A stretch of DNA of 64,000 bases from Isosphaeraceae bacterium (lineage in GTDB: Bacteria > Planctomycetota > Planctomycetia > Isosphaerales > Isosphaeraceae). Shown piece by piece: positions 17,709 to 25,930 of the stretch (the first letter of the stretch is position 1; each line of letters starts with the position of its first letter). The position numbers were made by a program, and so were the translations under genes. The stretch lies in assembly GCA_033763215.1 (NCBI GenBank), contig JANRKW010000014.1:68214-132213 (forward strand), in the 5' to 3' direction. The notes under the pieces were generated by a model that made no database searches, was not told where the DNA came from, and worked only from the letters and a program-made list of their open reading frames with translations.

Positions 17709-19001
17709 ATGACGAGTGTCCGAAAATTCCCCACGACTCCGGGCGTCTACCTCATGAAGGACGCCCAGGGTCGCGTGATCTACATCGGCAAGGCGAAGAA
17801 CCTTCGCGCTCGCGCGGCGTCGTACTTCCAGAAGACCGCGGCGGATGACCGCCGGATCAAGGACTGGATCGGCGAGGTGGTCGAGGTCGACTACCTCGCG
17901 GCGGACAGCGAGGTCGACGCTCTCCTGCTCGAGGCTCGACTGATCAAGGATATCCAGCCGCGGCACAACGCCGATCTCAAGGACGACAAGTCGTTCCCGT
18001 ATCTTCAGATCACGACCAACGAAGACTTTCCTCGCGTCAACTTCACGCGCGAACCGAAAGCGCGGGGAGTGAAGCTCTACGGGCCGTTTCCTCGGGCCCG
18101 CGGGCTCCGAGGCGCGATCCAAGTGCTCCAGAAGGTCTTCAAGTTTCGCACTTGTTCGCTCGAGATCGAGGAAGGCGACCCACGTTGGCGGTGGTTCCGG
18201 CCCTGTCTCCTGCATTCGATCGATCAGTGTACGGCGCCTTGCAACCTCAAGATCGACAAAGAGGCATACAAGAGGGATATTCGCCGACTCAAGCTCTTCC
18301 TCGACGGCAAGAAGGCGGTGGTCGTCGCCGAGATCGAAGCCGAGATGAAGGAGGCATCGAAGGCACTCCTCTTCGAGAAGGCTGCTCGGCTGCGAGACGA
18401 ACTCCAAGCGCTTCGGAACATCGATCTCCGCGGCGATCTCGCCAAGCACGCCCAGCCCGAGGTGTTCTACGTCGACCCCAAGCGCGGGTTGACGGGCTTG
18501 CGCAAGGTCCTCGAGCTCGAGACGACGCCTCGCAGGATCGACGGAGTGGACATCGCACATCTCGGCGGGACGGAAACGGTCGGTTCGCTCGTCTGCTTCA
18601 TCGACGGCCTGCCCTTCAAGCCGGGGTATCGACGTTACCGCATCAAGACCGTGAAGGGTGTCGACGACTTTGCGTCGATCCGCGAGGTCGTCGCGCGGCG
18701 AATCGAGGGACTCCAGGAACGCGAAGAACCGTTCCCCGACATCTTCTTGATCGATGGGGGCAAGGGGCAGCTCAACGCCGCGCTCTCGGCGTTCGAGTCG
18801 GCGGGGGTTCGTCCGCCGACCCTCATCTCGCTCGCCAAACGCGAGGAAGAGATCTACGTCCCCGGCCGTTCGGACCCGATCGTGCTGAGTCGTCGGTCGT
18901 TCGCTCTCCGTCTGTTACAATATGTGCGCGACGAGGCCCACCGCTTCGCGCAACACTATCACCACATGTTGCGGACCAAGCGGACGTTCGACGAGACCTG
19001 A
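17709..19001 (+). CDS. uvrC: Excinuclease ABC subunit C, short form with no C-terminal (HhH)2 domain
   Basis: The track ORF starts at 17619. The likely start is ATG 17709 (MTSVRKFPTTPGVYLMKD). GIY-YIG motifs: PGVYLM...VIYIGKAKNLRAR. Cys-rich region: FRTCSLEIE...RPCLLHSIDQCTAPC. UVR motif: ARLRDELQALRNI. RNase-H-like endonuclease domain with DEAHRFA. The protein ends 44 nt before the next gene, so there is no room for an HhH region. Confidence 0.8.
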   Translation: MTSVRKFPTTPGVYLMKDAQGRVIYIGKAKNLRARAASYFQKTAADDRRIKDWIGEVVEVDYLAADSEVDALLLEARLIKDIQPRHNADLKDDKSFPYLQITTNEDFPRVNFTREPKARGVKLYGPFPRARGLRGAIQVLQKVFKFRTCSLEIEEGDPRWRWFRPCLLHSIDQCTAPCNLKIDKEAYKRDIRRLKLFLDGKKAVVVAEIEAEMKEASKALLFEKAARLRDELQALRNIDLRGDLAKHAQPEVFYVDPKRGLTGLRKVLELETTPRRIDGVDIAHLGGTETVGSLVCFIDGLPFKPGYRRYRIKTVKGVDDFASIREVVARRIEGLQEREEPFPDIFLIDGGKGQLNAALSAFESAGVRPPTLISLAKREEEIYVPGRSDPIVLSRRSFALRLLQYVRDEAHRFAQHYHHMLRTKRTFDET

Positions 19002-19044
19002 GCTCTCATCGAACGGTCGCGATCCGAGATTCGACGCACCGACC

Positions 19045-20943
19045 ATGATCCTCGTCTCCGCCCGCGGGTTGGGCCGGCAGTATTCCGGCGACCCGATCTT
19101 CACCGACCTCCAGTTCGAGATCCGGACCGGGGAGCGGATCGGCCTGGTCGGGCCCAACGGCGCCGGCAAGACGACGCTGATGCGCGTCATCGCCGGTCTC
19201 GATGCCCCGGAGTACGGCGATATCCATGTGCGCTCGGGGATTCGAGTGTCCCTGTTGCGTCAGCAGCCCGACTTCGGCCCCGACGACACGTTGATGAGCG
19301 TGGCGCGCTCGGGGCTGGCGTCGCTCGTGGAACTTCAGCGCGAGCTCGAGGAAGCGGCCGCCGAGATGGCCGAAGCCGATGACGAAGAAGATCGCCGTCG
19401 TGCCGGTCGCCGATACGATGAGATCAACGAACGGCTCGTCCATCAGGACGCCTACTCGGTCGAGCACCGCGTGGAGGAGATCCTCGGCGGTCTCGGTTTC
19501 GCCAAGAGCGATTTCGGTCGCAGAGCGGGGACGTTCTCGGGTGGTCAGCAGTCCCGACTGATGCTCGCGAAGCTGCTGCTTCAGAGCCCCGACCTGATGC
19601 TGCTCGACGAGCCGTCGAACCACCTCGACATCGAGACGACGAGCTGGCTCGAGAGCTATCTCGCGAGGCAGGCGGTTGCGATGGTGATCGTCAGTCACGA
19701 CCGCTACTTCCTCGACAAGGTCGTCACCAAGATCTGGGAACTCTTCGACGGTCGGATCGAGGCTTATCCCGGCAACTACACTCAGTATTGGAGGCTGCGC
19801 GGCGAGCGGGCCAAAGTGCTTCAGAAGCAAGCCGAGAAGCAACAGGAACAGATCGCCGACCTCGAAGCCTACATCCGCAAGTACGGCGCGGGTCAGCGGG
19901 CCAAACAGGCCCACGACCGCGAGAAGAAGCTGGCGCGGATCGAACGCGTCGAGACGATGCGCGACGTCGAAGGGCCCGTGATGGGCTTCGGCGAGGTCGA
20001 CCGCTCGGGCGACATCGTCGTCGAGGCCCGCAAGCTCACCAAGGCGTTCGACAAGTCGCTGTTCAAGGACTTCGACCTCAGCCTGCTGCGCGGGCAGTGC
20101 GTCGGCGTGCTCGGACCCAACGGAGCCGGCAAGACCACGCTGATCAAGTCGTTGATCGGTCGAGAGAAGCCCGACTCGGGCGAGGTCAAGCTCGGGCACA
20201 AGGTGCTCGTCGGCTACCACGACCAAGGGCTGCACTCTCTCAGTCCAGAGACGACCGTCGTCCGTGCGGTTTGGCCCGAGGACGAACCCGACTGGGGTGA
20301 GGGCGACGTCCGCAACTTGCTCGCGCGCTTCGGCCTGACCGGCGAGCAGGCGTTCCGGACCGTCGGCGTCCTCTCCGGAGGTGAAAAAGCGAAGGCGGCT
20401 CTGGCACGCCTCGCCGCGACCTCGGCGAACCTCCTGGTCATGGACGAGCCGACGAACCACCTCGATATCTGGTCGTGCGACGCACTCGAACGCTCGATCC
20501 TCGAATTCGAAGGGACCGTGCTCGTCGTCAGCCACGACCGGTACTTCCTCAATCGTGTCGCAGACCGGATCATCTCCGTGGCGAACGGCCGAGCCCGCGT
20601 GATCGAGGGCGACTACGAGACCTATCAACGATTGATCCAACAAGAGAACGAGGCGGCCGCGGCGAAGCAGGCGACTGCCGCCAAACTCGACGATTCGACG
20701 AAGTCGACGGGCAAGGCCGAGAAGAGGAAACGGAAGTATCCCTACCGAAAGGCGGGCGATATCGAGCGCGAGATCGGCGCGGTCGAGGCCGAAGTCGCCG
20801 AACTCGAGGATCGTCTCGGTCAGCCCGCGACCTGGAAGGATCCGGTCAAGGCCCGCGACCTCCAGCTTCGCCACGACGAACGAAAGAAGTCGCTCGCCGC
20901 GCTCTACGAGCACTGGGAAGAAGCTCTCGAGCTCAACGCCTGA
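19045..20943 (+). CDS. ABC-F family ATPase (Uup/YheS-like; two ABC domains, no TM domain)
   Basis: ATG at 19045. Two Walker A motifs, GPNGAGKTT at ~19.1 kb and ~20.1 kb. Two signature motifs, LSGGQQSRL and LSGGEKAKA. An inter-domain linker and a C-terminal coiled-coil/basic tail (KRKRKYPYRKAGDIEREI...ELEDRL). Confidence 0.85.
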   Translation: MILVSARGLGRQYSGDPIFTDLQFEIRTGERIGLVGPNGAGKTTLMRVIAGLDAPEYGDIHVRSGIRVSLLRQQPDFGPDDTLMSVARSGLASLVELQRELEEAAAEMAEADDEEDRRRAGRRYDEINERLVHQDAYSVEHRVEEILGGLGFAKSDFGRRAGTFSGGQQSRLMLAKLLLQSPDLMLLDEPSNHLDIETTSWLESYLARQAVAMVIVSHDRYFLDKVVTKIWELFDGRIEAYPGNYTQYWRLRGERAKVLQKQAEKQQEQIADLEAYIRKYGAGQRAKQAHDREKKLARIERVETMRDVEGPVMGFGEVDRSGDIVVEARKLTKAFDKSLFKDFDLSLLRGQCVGVLGPNGAGKTTLIKSLIGREKPDSGEVKLGHKVLVGYHDQGLHSLSPETTVVRAVWPEDEPDWGEGDVRNLLARFGLTGEQAFRTVGVLSGGEKAKAALARLAATSANLLVMDEPTNHLDIWSCDALERSILEFEGTVLVVSHDRYFLNRVADRIISVANGRARVIEGDYETYQRLIQQENEAAAAKQATAAKLDDSTKSTGKAEKRKRKYPYRKAGDIEREIGAVEAEVAELEDRLGQPATWKDPVKARDLQLRHDERKKSLAALYEHWEEALELNA

Positions 20944-21040
20944 GTCCGGCGGCGTCGTCCGACGTGGGAGACGGTCCCCTGCCCCGAGCGACCGAGTTTC
21001 CGGTCCTCCATCGATCCTCGAGAAAGCAACGGTCGACGCC

Positions 21041-21901
21041 ATGCCCGATCCCGCCAAGATCCTCGCCACCGTTCGCCGTGCCAAGGAGTTGTTTCGCGCG
21101 ACGCCGGGGAGGTCGGGCGGTCTGATCGACCTGGTCGATGCCGACGAGGTCTTGGTCGTCGGCGACCTCCACGGCAACACACCCGCCTTCCGGCAAGTCC
21201 TCGAGATCGCAGCGCTCTCCAAGCATCCGCGCAGGCATCTCGTCCTCCAGGAACTCGTGCACGGCAATCGGTTCTATCCCAACGACGCGGGCGAGAAGTC
21301 GCACCAACTCGTCGACCTCGTCTGCGCACTCAAGTGCCAGACTCCCGACCGGGTGCACCTCATCCTCGGCAATCACGAGCTCTCGGAACTGACGGGTCGC
21401 TCGATCTCCAAGAACGGTGTCGCACTCAATGCTCTGTTCAAGCAAGGAGTGGTCACCGCCTACGGAGCCTTCGCCGACTCGGTCTATCGGGCCTATCTCG
21501 ATCTCTTCGCCGCTTTGCCGATCGCCGTCCGGACCGAGAACCGAGTCTTCGTTTGCCACACGATCCCCGAGGAACGCGATTACGAGCGATTCGATCCGGC
21601 GATCTTCCAGGCCGAGACCTGGCCGCCCGAGACGATGATGCGCGGTGGAAGCCTCTACGCCGTGACCTGGGGACGCGACACCGCGCCGGAGACGGCCGAT
21701 CGCTTCGCCGGCGTGGTCGATGCCGATCTGTTCGTCACCGGTCATCAGCCCTGTGAGGAAGGATTCCGGCAGGCGAATCATCGCCAGGTGATCATCGACG
21801 GAACCGACCCCTACCCCGCCTACTGTCTCTTTCCGGCGCGGGGGCCGATCTCGATCGAACGACTGATGGCCGGGATCGCGATCATTCCGATGGCGATCTG
21901 A
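21041..21901 (+). CDS. Calcineurin-like metallophosphoesterase
   Basis: GDLHGN and LILGNHELSE motifs. The canonical GDxxDRG second motif is replaced by LVLQELVHGN. Confidence 0.7.
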   Translation: MPDPAKILATVRRAKELFRATPGRSGGLIDLVDADEVLVVGDLHGNTPAFRQVLEIAALSKHPRRHLVLQELVHGNRFYPNDAGEKSHQLVDLVCALKCQTPDRVHLILGNHELSELTGRSISKNGVALNALFKQGVVTAYGAFADSVYRAYLDLFAALPIAVRTENRVFVCHTIPEERDYERFDPAIFQAETWPPETMMRGGSLYAVTWGRDTAPETADRFAGVVDADLFVTGHQPCEEGFRQANHRQVIIDGTDPYPAYCLFPARGPISIERLMAGIAIIPMAI

Positions 21902-23177
21902 GCGGCGATCCGCGTCGGCCGATCCAGGCTCCCCATGCCCCAGGTCCGACTCGAGGGCGGCCGCTTCGAATTCCGGAGGATGCATAGCGTTCGAGCGACT
22001 CGAGCGCCTCGTCGATCGACGTTCCCGCGAATCGCGAGCGGTCCGCGGCGTCGAGCGACTCGATCGCGACGAACGCCTCGATCGCCGGGTCGACGGCGAC
22101 GAGCGACCGCGCGACGTCGAGATTGCGAGCGTTGAGGGCGTCGCGAATCGCTTCGATGACCGCTCCACGATCGGGATCGTTCGCGGGGAGAACGCGGAGG
22201 AGCACGACGAGTGCGCGAACCATGATGTAGTGATATGCGGGACGAGCGTTGTGAGGATCCGCCCATCGTCCGCGTCGGGGCCCGACCTCGAGACGTCCCG
22301 GAAGCAGGCCCAACCTGAGCTCGCGCTTGGCGGCTGCGAGGTAGCGCGGGTCTTGGGTTGCGGAAAAGGCTTCGGCGAGCAACTCGGTCGAGAAGGCGTT
22401 GTAGTTCCAATTCGGGACGCAGGGACGCTCGACGGCCCAGTCGGCCGATCGTCTCGCGGCTCGAAGCAGCTCGGGGTCGCGGCTCCGTGCGTGGAGATGG
22501 AACAGTGCGACCCCCGCGCGGCCGTTATCGAACTTCAGACCGCCGTCGCCGAGATCCTCGAAGATCCAGCCGTTTCGGACCATTTCGTGGATCCTCCCCT
22601 CGGATTCGGCCCGCTCGAGGAAGCGCTCGGCCACCTCGAACGGTCGGCCGCGGCCCCGACGAACGGCGGGAAAGGGAAAGACGCCGGAGCCGGCTCGATC
22701 CTGAGTCCAGATCAAGTAGTCGGCGGCGTCGCGGGCGAGCGCGAGGCAGCGGTCGCGAATCTCGTCGTCGACTTCGGCGGCCCCCAGGCACCCCTCGATG
22801 ACCGCAGCCGCTTCCCTCGCGGCGTGATTGGTCTTCGTCGGATCCAGTCCCTTTCGCCACCACTTCTCTCGCTCGAGGCGATCGAGATAGGGCCGAAACG
22901 AGCGACGAAGTTCGAGGGTCTCCAGCGGTTGCGAGTCGCGTGGGATCTCGAGAGGCCGATCCGCCGTCTCCGGCAAGCCCGCCTGATCCCCCAGTAGGGC
23001 GATCGCTTCCCTTGCGATCTTCTCGACCTCGATCCGGTCTCTTCGGAGTTGCGCGTCGGCCAGACGGCCCACCGTCGCCCTTAGGCGGGTCGACAGCTCG
23101 GGGTCGAGCCGAGCGACCCGCCCCGAGAGCGATTGATCCTGGAGCACGAGGTAGATCGAGAACAGGATCACGAGCAT
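21882..23177 (-). CDS. Hypothetical protein with an N-terminal TM segment; possibly an alpha-helical toroid/glycosidase-like fold
   Basis: Track ORF of 431 aa. High-GC codon usage is consistent with coding. No motif I can name with confidence (WTQDRAGSGVFPFP, WADPHNARPAYHYIMVRAL). There is a convergent 20-nt overlap with the phosphoesterase gene. Confidence 0.4.
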   Translation of the reverse strand: MLVILFSIYLVLQDQSLSGRVARLDPELSTRLRATVGRLADAQLRRDRIEVEKIAREAIALLGDQAGLPETADRPLEIPRDSQPLETLELRRSFRPYLDRLEREKWWRKGLDPTKTNHAAREAAAVIEGCLGAAEVDDEIRDRCLALARDAADYLIWTQDRAGSGVFPFPAVRRGRGRPFEVAERFLERAESEGRIHEMVRNGWIFEDLGDGGLKFDNGRAGVALFHLHARSRDPELLRAARRSADWAVERPCVPNWNYNAFSTELLAEAFSATQDPRYLAAAKRELRLGLLPGRLEVGPRRGRWADPHNARPAYHYIMVRALVVLLRVLPANDPDRGAVIEAIRDALNARNLDVARSLVAVDPAIEAFVAIESLDAADRSRFAGTSIDEALESLERYASSGIRSGRPRVGPGAWGAWIGRRGSPLRSPSE

Positions 23178-23210
23178 CGCGGACTCCGCTCCCTTCGCCG
23201 GCCTCGAGGA

Positions 23211-25010
23211 TCACTCGATTCGGATGTCGAACGGCATGATCACGAGCACGGGTTCACGTTCGAGGAGGCTCTGGATGAGTCGAACCCTTCGGAGTGCAGC
23301 GATCGCCGCATCGGGGGCGACGATGCCCAACTCCGCGCCGAGGCCGTCCAGGCCTTCGAGCGGACCGAGCAACGACTCGAGCAGCCCTTGCGGCTCGGGG
23401 AGGACCAGGATTTCGCTCTCCTTCTCCGAGGAGATTCCGCCGAGCTCACGAGCCGAGGCGAGAGCGTCGGCAAGGCTTCCGACCTCGTCGACGAGTCCGA
23501 GCGCCTTGGCTTGGCGGCCGGTGTAGACTCGTCCACCAGCATGCTTTTCGACATCATCGAACGATCGCTTGCGACCGGCCGCTGCCTTCGTGACGAACTG
23601 ACGATAGGTCTCGTCCATCATCTTCTGCATCGCCGACTTCTCGGCTTCCGAGAAGCGTGAGAACGGCGAGAGCAGAGTGCCGTTCTTGCCGACGTGGATC
23701 GTGTCGGTGGTGACTCCCGCCTTCTCGAGCAAGCCGCCGACCACGATCTTCCCGCCGGTGACGCCGATCGACCCGGTGATCGTGCTCGACTGAGCGTAGA
23801 CTTTGTCGCAACCCATGCTGATATAGTAACCACCGGATGCGGCGACGTCGGACATGCTCGCGACGATCGGTTTCTCGATTCGGACGACCTCACGCCAGAT
23901 GAGGTCGGAAGCGAGCGCCGAGCCGCCCGGAGAGTCGACGCGAAGTACGATCGCCTTGACCGTTGCATCGGCCTCGGCCTTGCGGAGAGCCTCGATGATC
24001 GTGTCGGAACCCATCGTCGCCTCGCCGAGCAGCCCGGCTCCCGAGGATTTTCCGGTCATGATCGACCCGGAAGCGTGGATCAATGCGACCTTGGGAGCCT
24101 TGGACGCCGCCTTCTTGGGGGCGTCTCCCGAGAGGGCCGACATCATGCGCATGAAGCCTGCGAAGCCCGAATAGTCGACCTTCTCGGTCGACTTGCCGTA
24201 TTTCTTCTCGAGCACGAGTTTGGGAAGTCCGAGCGACCGCTTCAACTCGGCCTCGACCTGGTCTGCATAAGCAATTCGGGAGATCAGTCCGGCGGCCTTC
24301 GCGGAGGCGGCCGTGTAGGGTCCGCCGTCGATGAGCGTCTTGGCCGCATCGACGTCGATCCCCTGTCGCGCGGCGATCATCTCGGCCATCTGGGCATAGG
24401 AATCGGAGAGGAGTTCGGTCATCTCCTGACGGAAGGCGGGCGACATCGAGGTCCGCGTGTACGGTTCACCATATGACTTGAATTTGCCGACCTGCATCCA
24501 GTCGGCGACGATGCCGAGCTTGTCGAAGAGTCCCTTGTAGAAGGTGACCTCGGCGGCGAGCCCCTTGAGCATCAACGTGTCGCTCTCGGCCATGACGATC
24601 TCGTCGGCGGCGGCGGCGAGGAGATATTCGGCGTTGCCCGGCGCTTCGAGGAGAGCGTGAACCGGCTTACCGGACGAACGAAAGTCCAGTACGGCTCTTC
24701 GAAGATCCTCGATCTTGGCACGGCCGGCGGAGAGCGAGCGAATTCGGAGAACGAGCCCCTTGACCGCGGGGTCGGCCTTCGCCTTCGAGAGCCGCTCGAC
24801 GAGTCCCTGGAGATTCTCGCCGATCGTCTTGCCGTCGAACCCGATCGAAAGTGGCGCTTCGCTGAGCGAGCCCTTGATCGCGAGGTCGACGACGATCGGC
24901 GCCGGTGTTGCGGCGGACTGGACGGTCTTGGAAGCGTCCTCGGCGCGCAGAGTCGCCACAATGCTGAAAACGGAGATGACGGCGACGGAAAGTGCAATCC
25001 TCGGGCGCAT
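23211..25010 (-). CDS. sppA: Signal peptide peptidase SppA (protease IV, long 67K-type with two S49 domains)
   Basis: Signal peptide MRPRIALSVAVISVFSIVATLRA. The second domain carries the catalytic region ASMSDVAASGGYYISMGCDKVYAQSSTITGSIGV and VDSPGGS. 599 aa. Confidence 0.85.
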   Translation of the reverse strand: MRPRIALSVAVISVFSIVATLRAEDASKTVQSAATPAPIVVDLAIKGSLSEAPLSIGFDGKTIGENLQGLVERLSKAKADPAVKGLVLRIRSLSAGRAKIEDLRRAVLDFRSSGKPVHALLEAPGNAEYLLAAAADEIVMAESDTLMLKGLAAEVTFYKGLFDKLGIVADWMQVGKFKSYGEPYTRTSMSPAFRQEMTELLSDSYAQMAEMIAARQGIDVDAAKTLIDGGPYTAASAKAAGLISRIAYADQVEAELKRSLGLPKLVLEKKYGKSTEKVDYSGFAGFMRMMSALSGDAPKKAASKAPKVALIHASGSIMTGKSSGAGLLGEATMGSDTIIEALRKAEADATVKAIVLRVDSPGGSALASDLIWREVVRIEKPIVASMSDVAASGGYYISMGCDKVYAQSSTITGSIGVTGGKIVVGGLLEKAGVTTDTIHVGKNGTLLSPFSRFSEAEKSAMQKMMDETYRQFVTKAAAGRKRSFDDVEKHAGGRVYTGRQAKALGLVDEVGSLADALASARELGGISSEKESEILVLPEPQGLLESLLGPLEGLDGLGAELGIVAPDAAIAALRRVRLIQSLLEREPVLVIMPFDIRIE

Positions 25011-25467
25011 TTTCGGCGAACCTCGATCTCTATTGGTGCGACAGTTTCGGCGACGAACCGCCGAGGTGGATCGGCGGCGATCTTCGACGAGGCCGGCGAC
25101 GACGGGCGGGGCGTCGCGAAGCAGTCGAGGAGTGCCCTTTGCGAGGGGCGTGCCCGCCGAGTCCGAGAGAGGATCGGTCGAGCCTGCGGAACGATGGGGA
25201 ACGGTTCCGATGAAAAATGAGTGTAGGTGCCGGCCGTCACGAATGTCAACCGCAGCAACGCGGCCGGTTGTGGAACGGGACGGACGGTATCCTCTTGATT
25301 CCGTCGGTCATTCTGGTAACTCTTTAGAAGATTCCTCGGAAACACCGAAGGCCGTCTGAGCGGCTCGGGCGCCGAGGGTTGGATGCCGGGACGGCCCCGG
25401 AGCTGATTGCCGCTTCTTCCGACCCTCGCCCGCCTCGCGGAACTGATTCAGGACAGGAGTCTGCCCG

Positions 25468-25827
25468 ATGTCGCAAGCCCCTCGTCGACACCTCCGCCTC
25501 GAAACGATCGACGGCGTCACCGTCGTCAGCTTCGTCGATAGCAAGATCGTGACCGAGGAGAATATCCAGGAGGTCGGCGATCAGCTCTACAGTCTTGTCG
25601 AGGACGAAGGTCATAAGCAGATGTTGCTGAACTTCGGGAACGTCCAGTACCTCTCCTCGGCCGCGCTGGGCAAGCTCATCAACCTGAAGAAGAAGGTCGG
25701 AGCGGTGAAGGGCAAGTTGAAGCTCTGCTGCATCCACCCGGAACTGCTCGAAGTCTTCCGAATCACACGTCTCGATCAGGTCTTCGAGATCTATCCGGAA
25801 GAGCAGACGGCGCTCGACAAGTTCTGA
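25468..25827 (+). CDS. STAS-domain anti-sigma-factor antagonist (SpoIIAA/RsbV-like)
   Basis: 119 aa. Motifs: VVSFVDSKIVTEENIQEVGDQL, NFGNVQYLSSAALGKLINLKKKV, LEVFRITRLDQVFEIY. Confidence 0.8.
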   Translation: MSQAPRRHLRLETIDGVTVVSFVDSKIVTEENIQEVGDQLYSLVEDEGHKQMLLNFGNVQYLSSAALGKLINLKKKVGAVKGKLKLCCIHPELLEVFRITRLDQVFEIYPEEQTALDKF

Positions 25828-25879
25828 TCGCCGTTCTCGCATGCTTCGATCCTCGGCGTTCACGGCCATTCTCGAACGG

Positions 25880-25922
25880 CACGCTTGCTCGGTTGAACGG
25901 GTGAGCGTGTCTTTTCTTTTTT
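25880..25922 (+). terminator. Putative intrinsic terminator of the STAS gene
   Basis: Inverted repeat CACGCT...AGCGTG followed by TCTTTTCTTTTTT. A T-rich run like this is rare in this ~70% GC sequence. It lies 8 nt upstream of the mutS start. Confidence 0.3.
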
Positions 25923-25930
25923 GACGCGTC

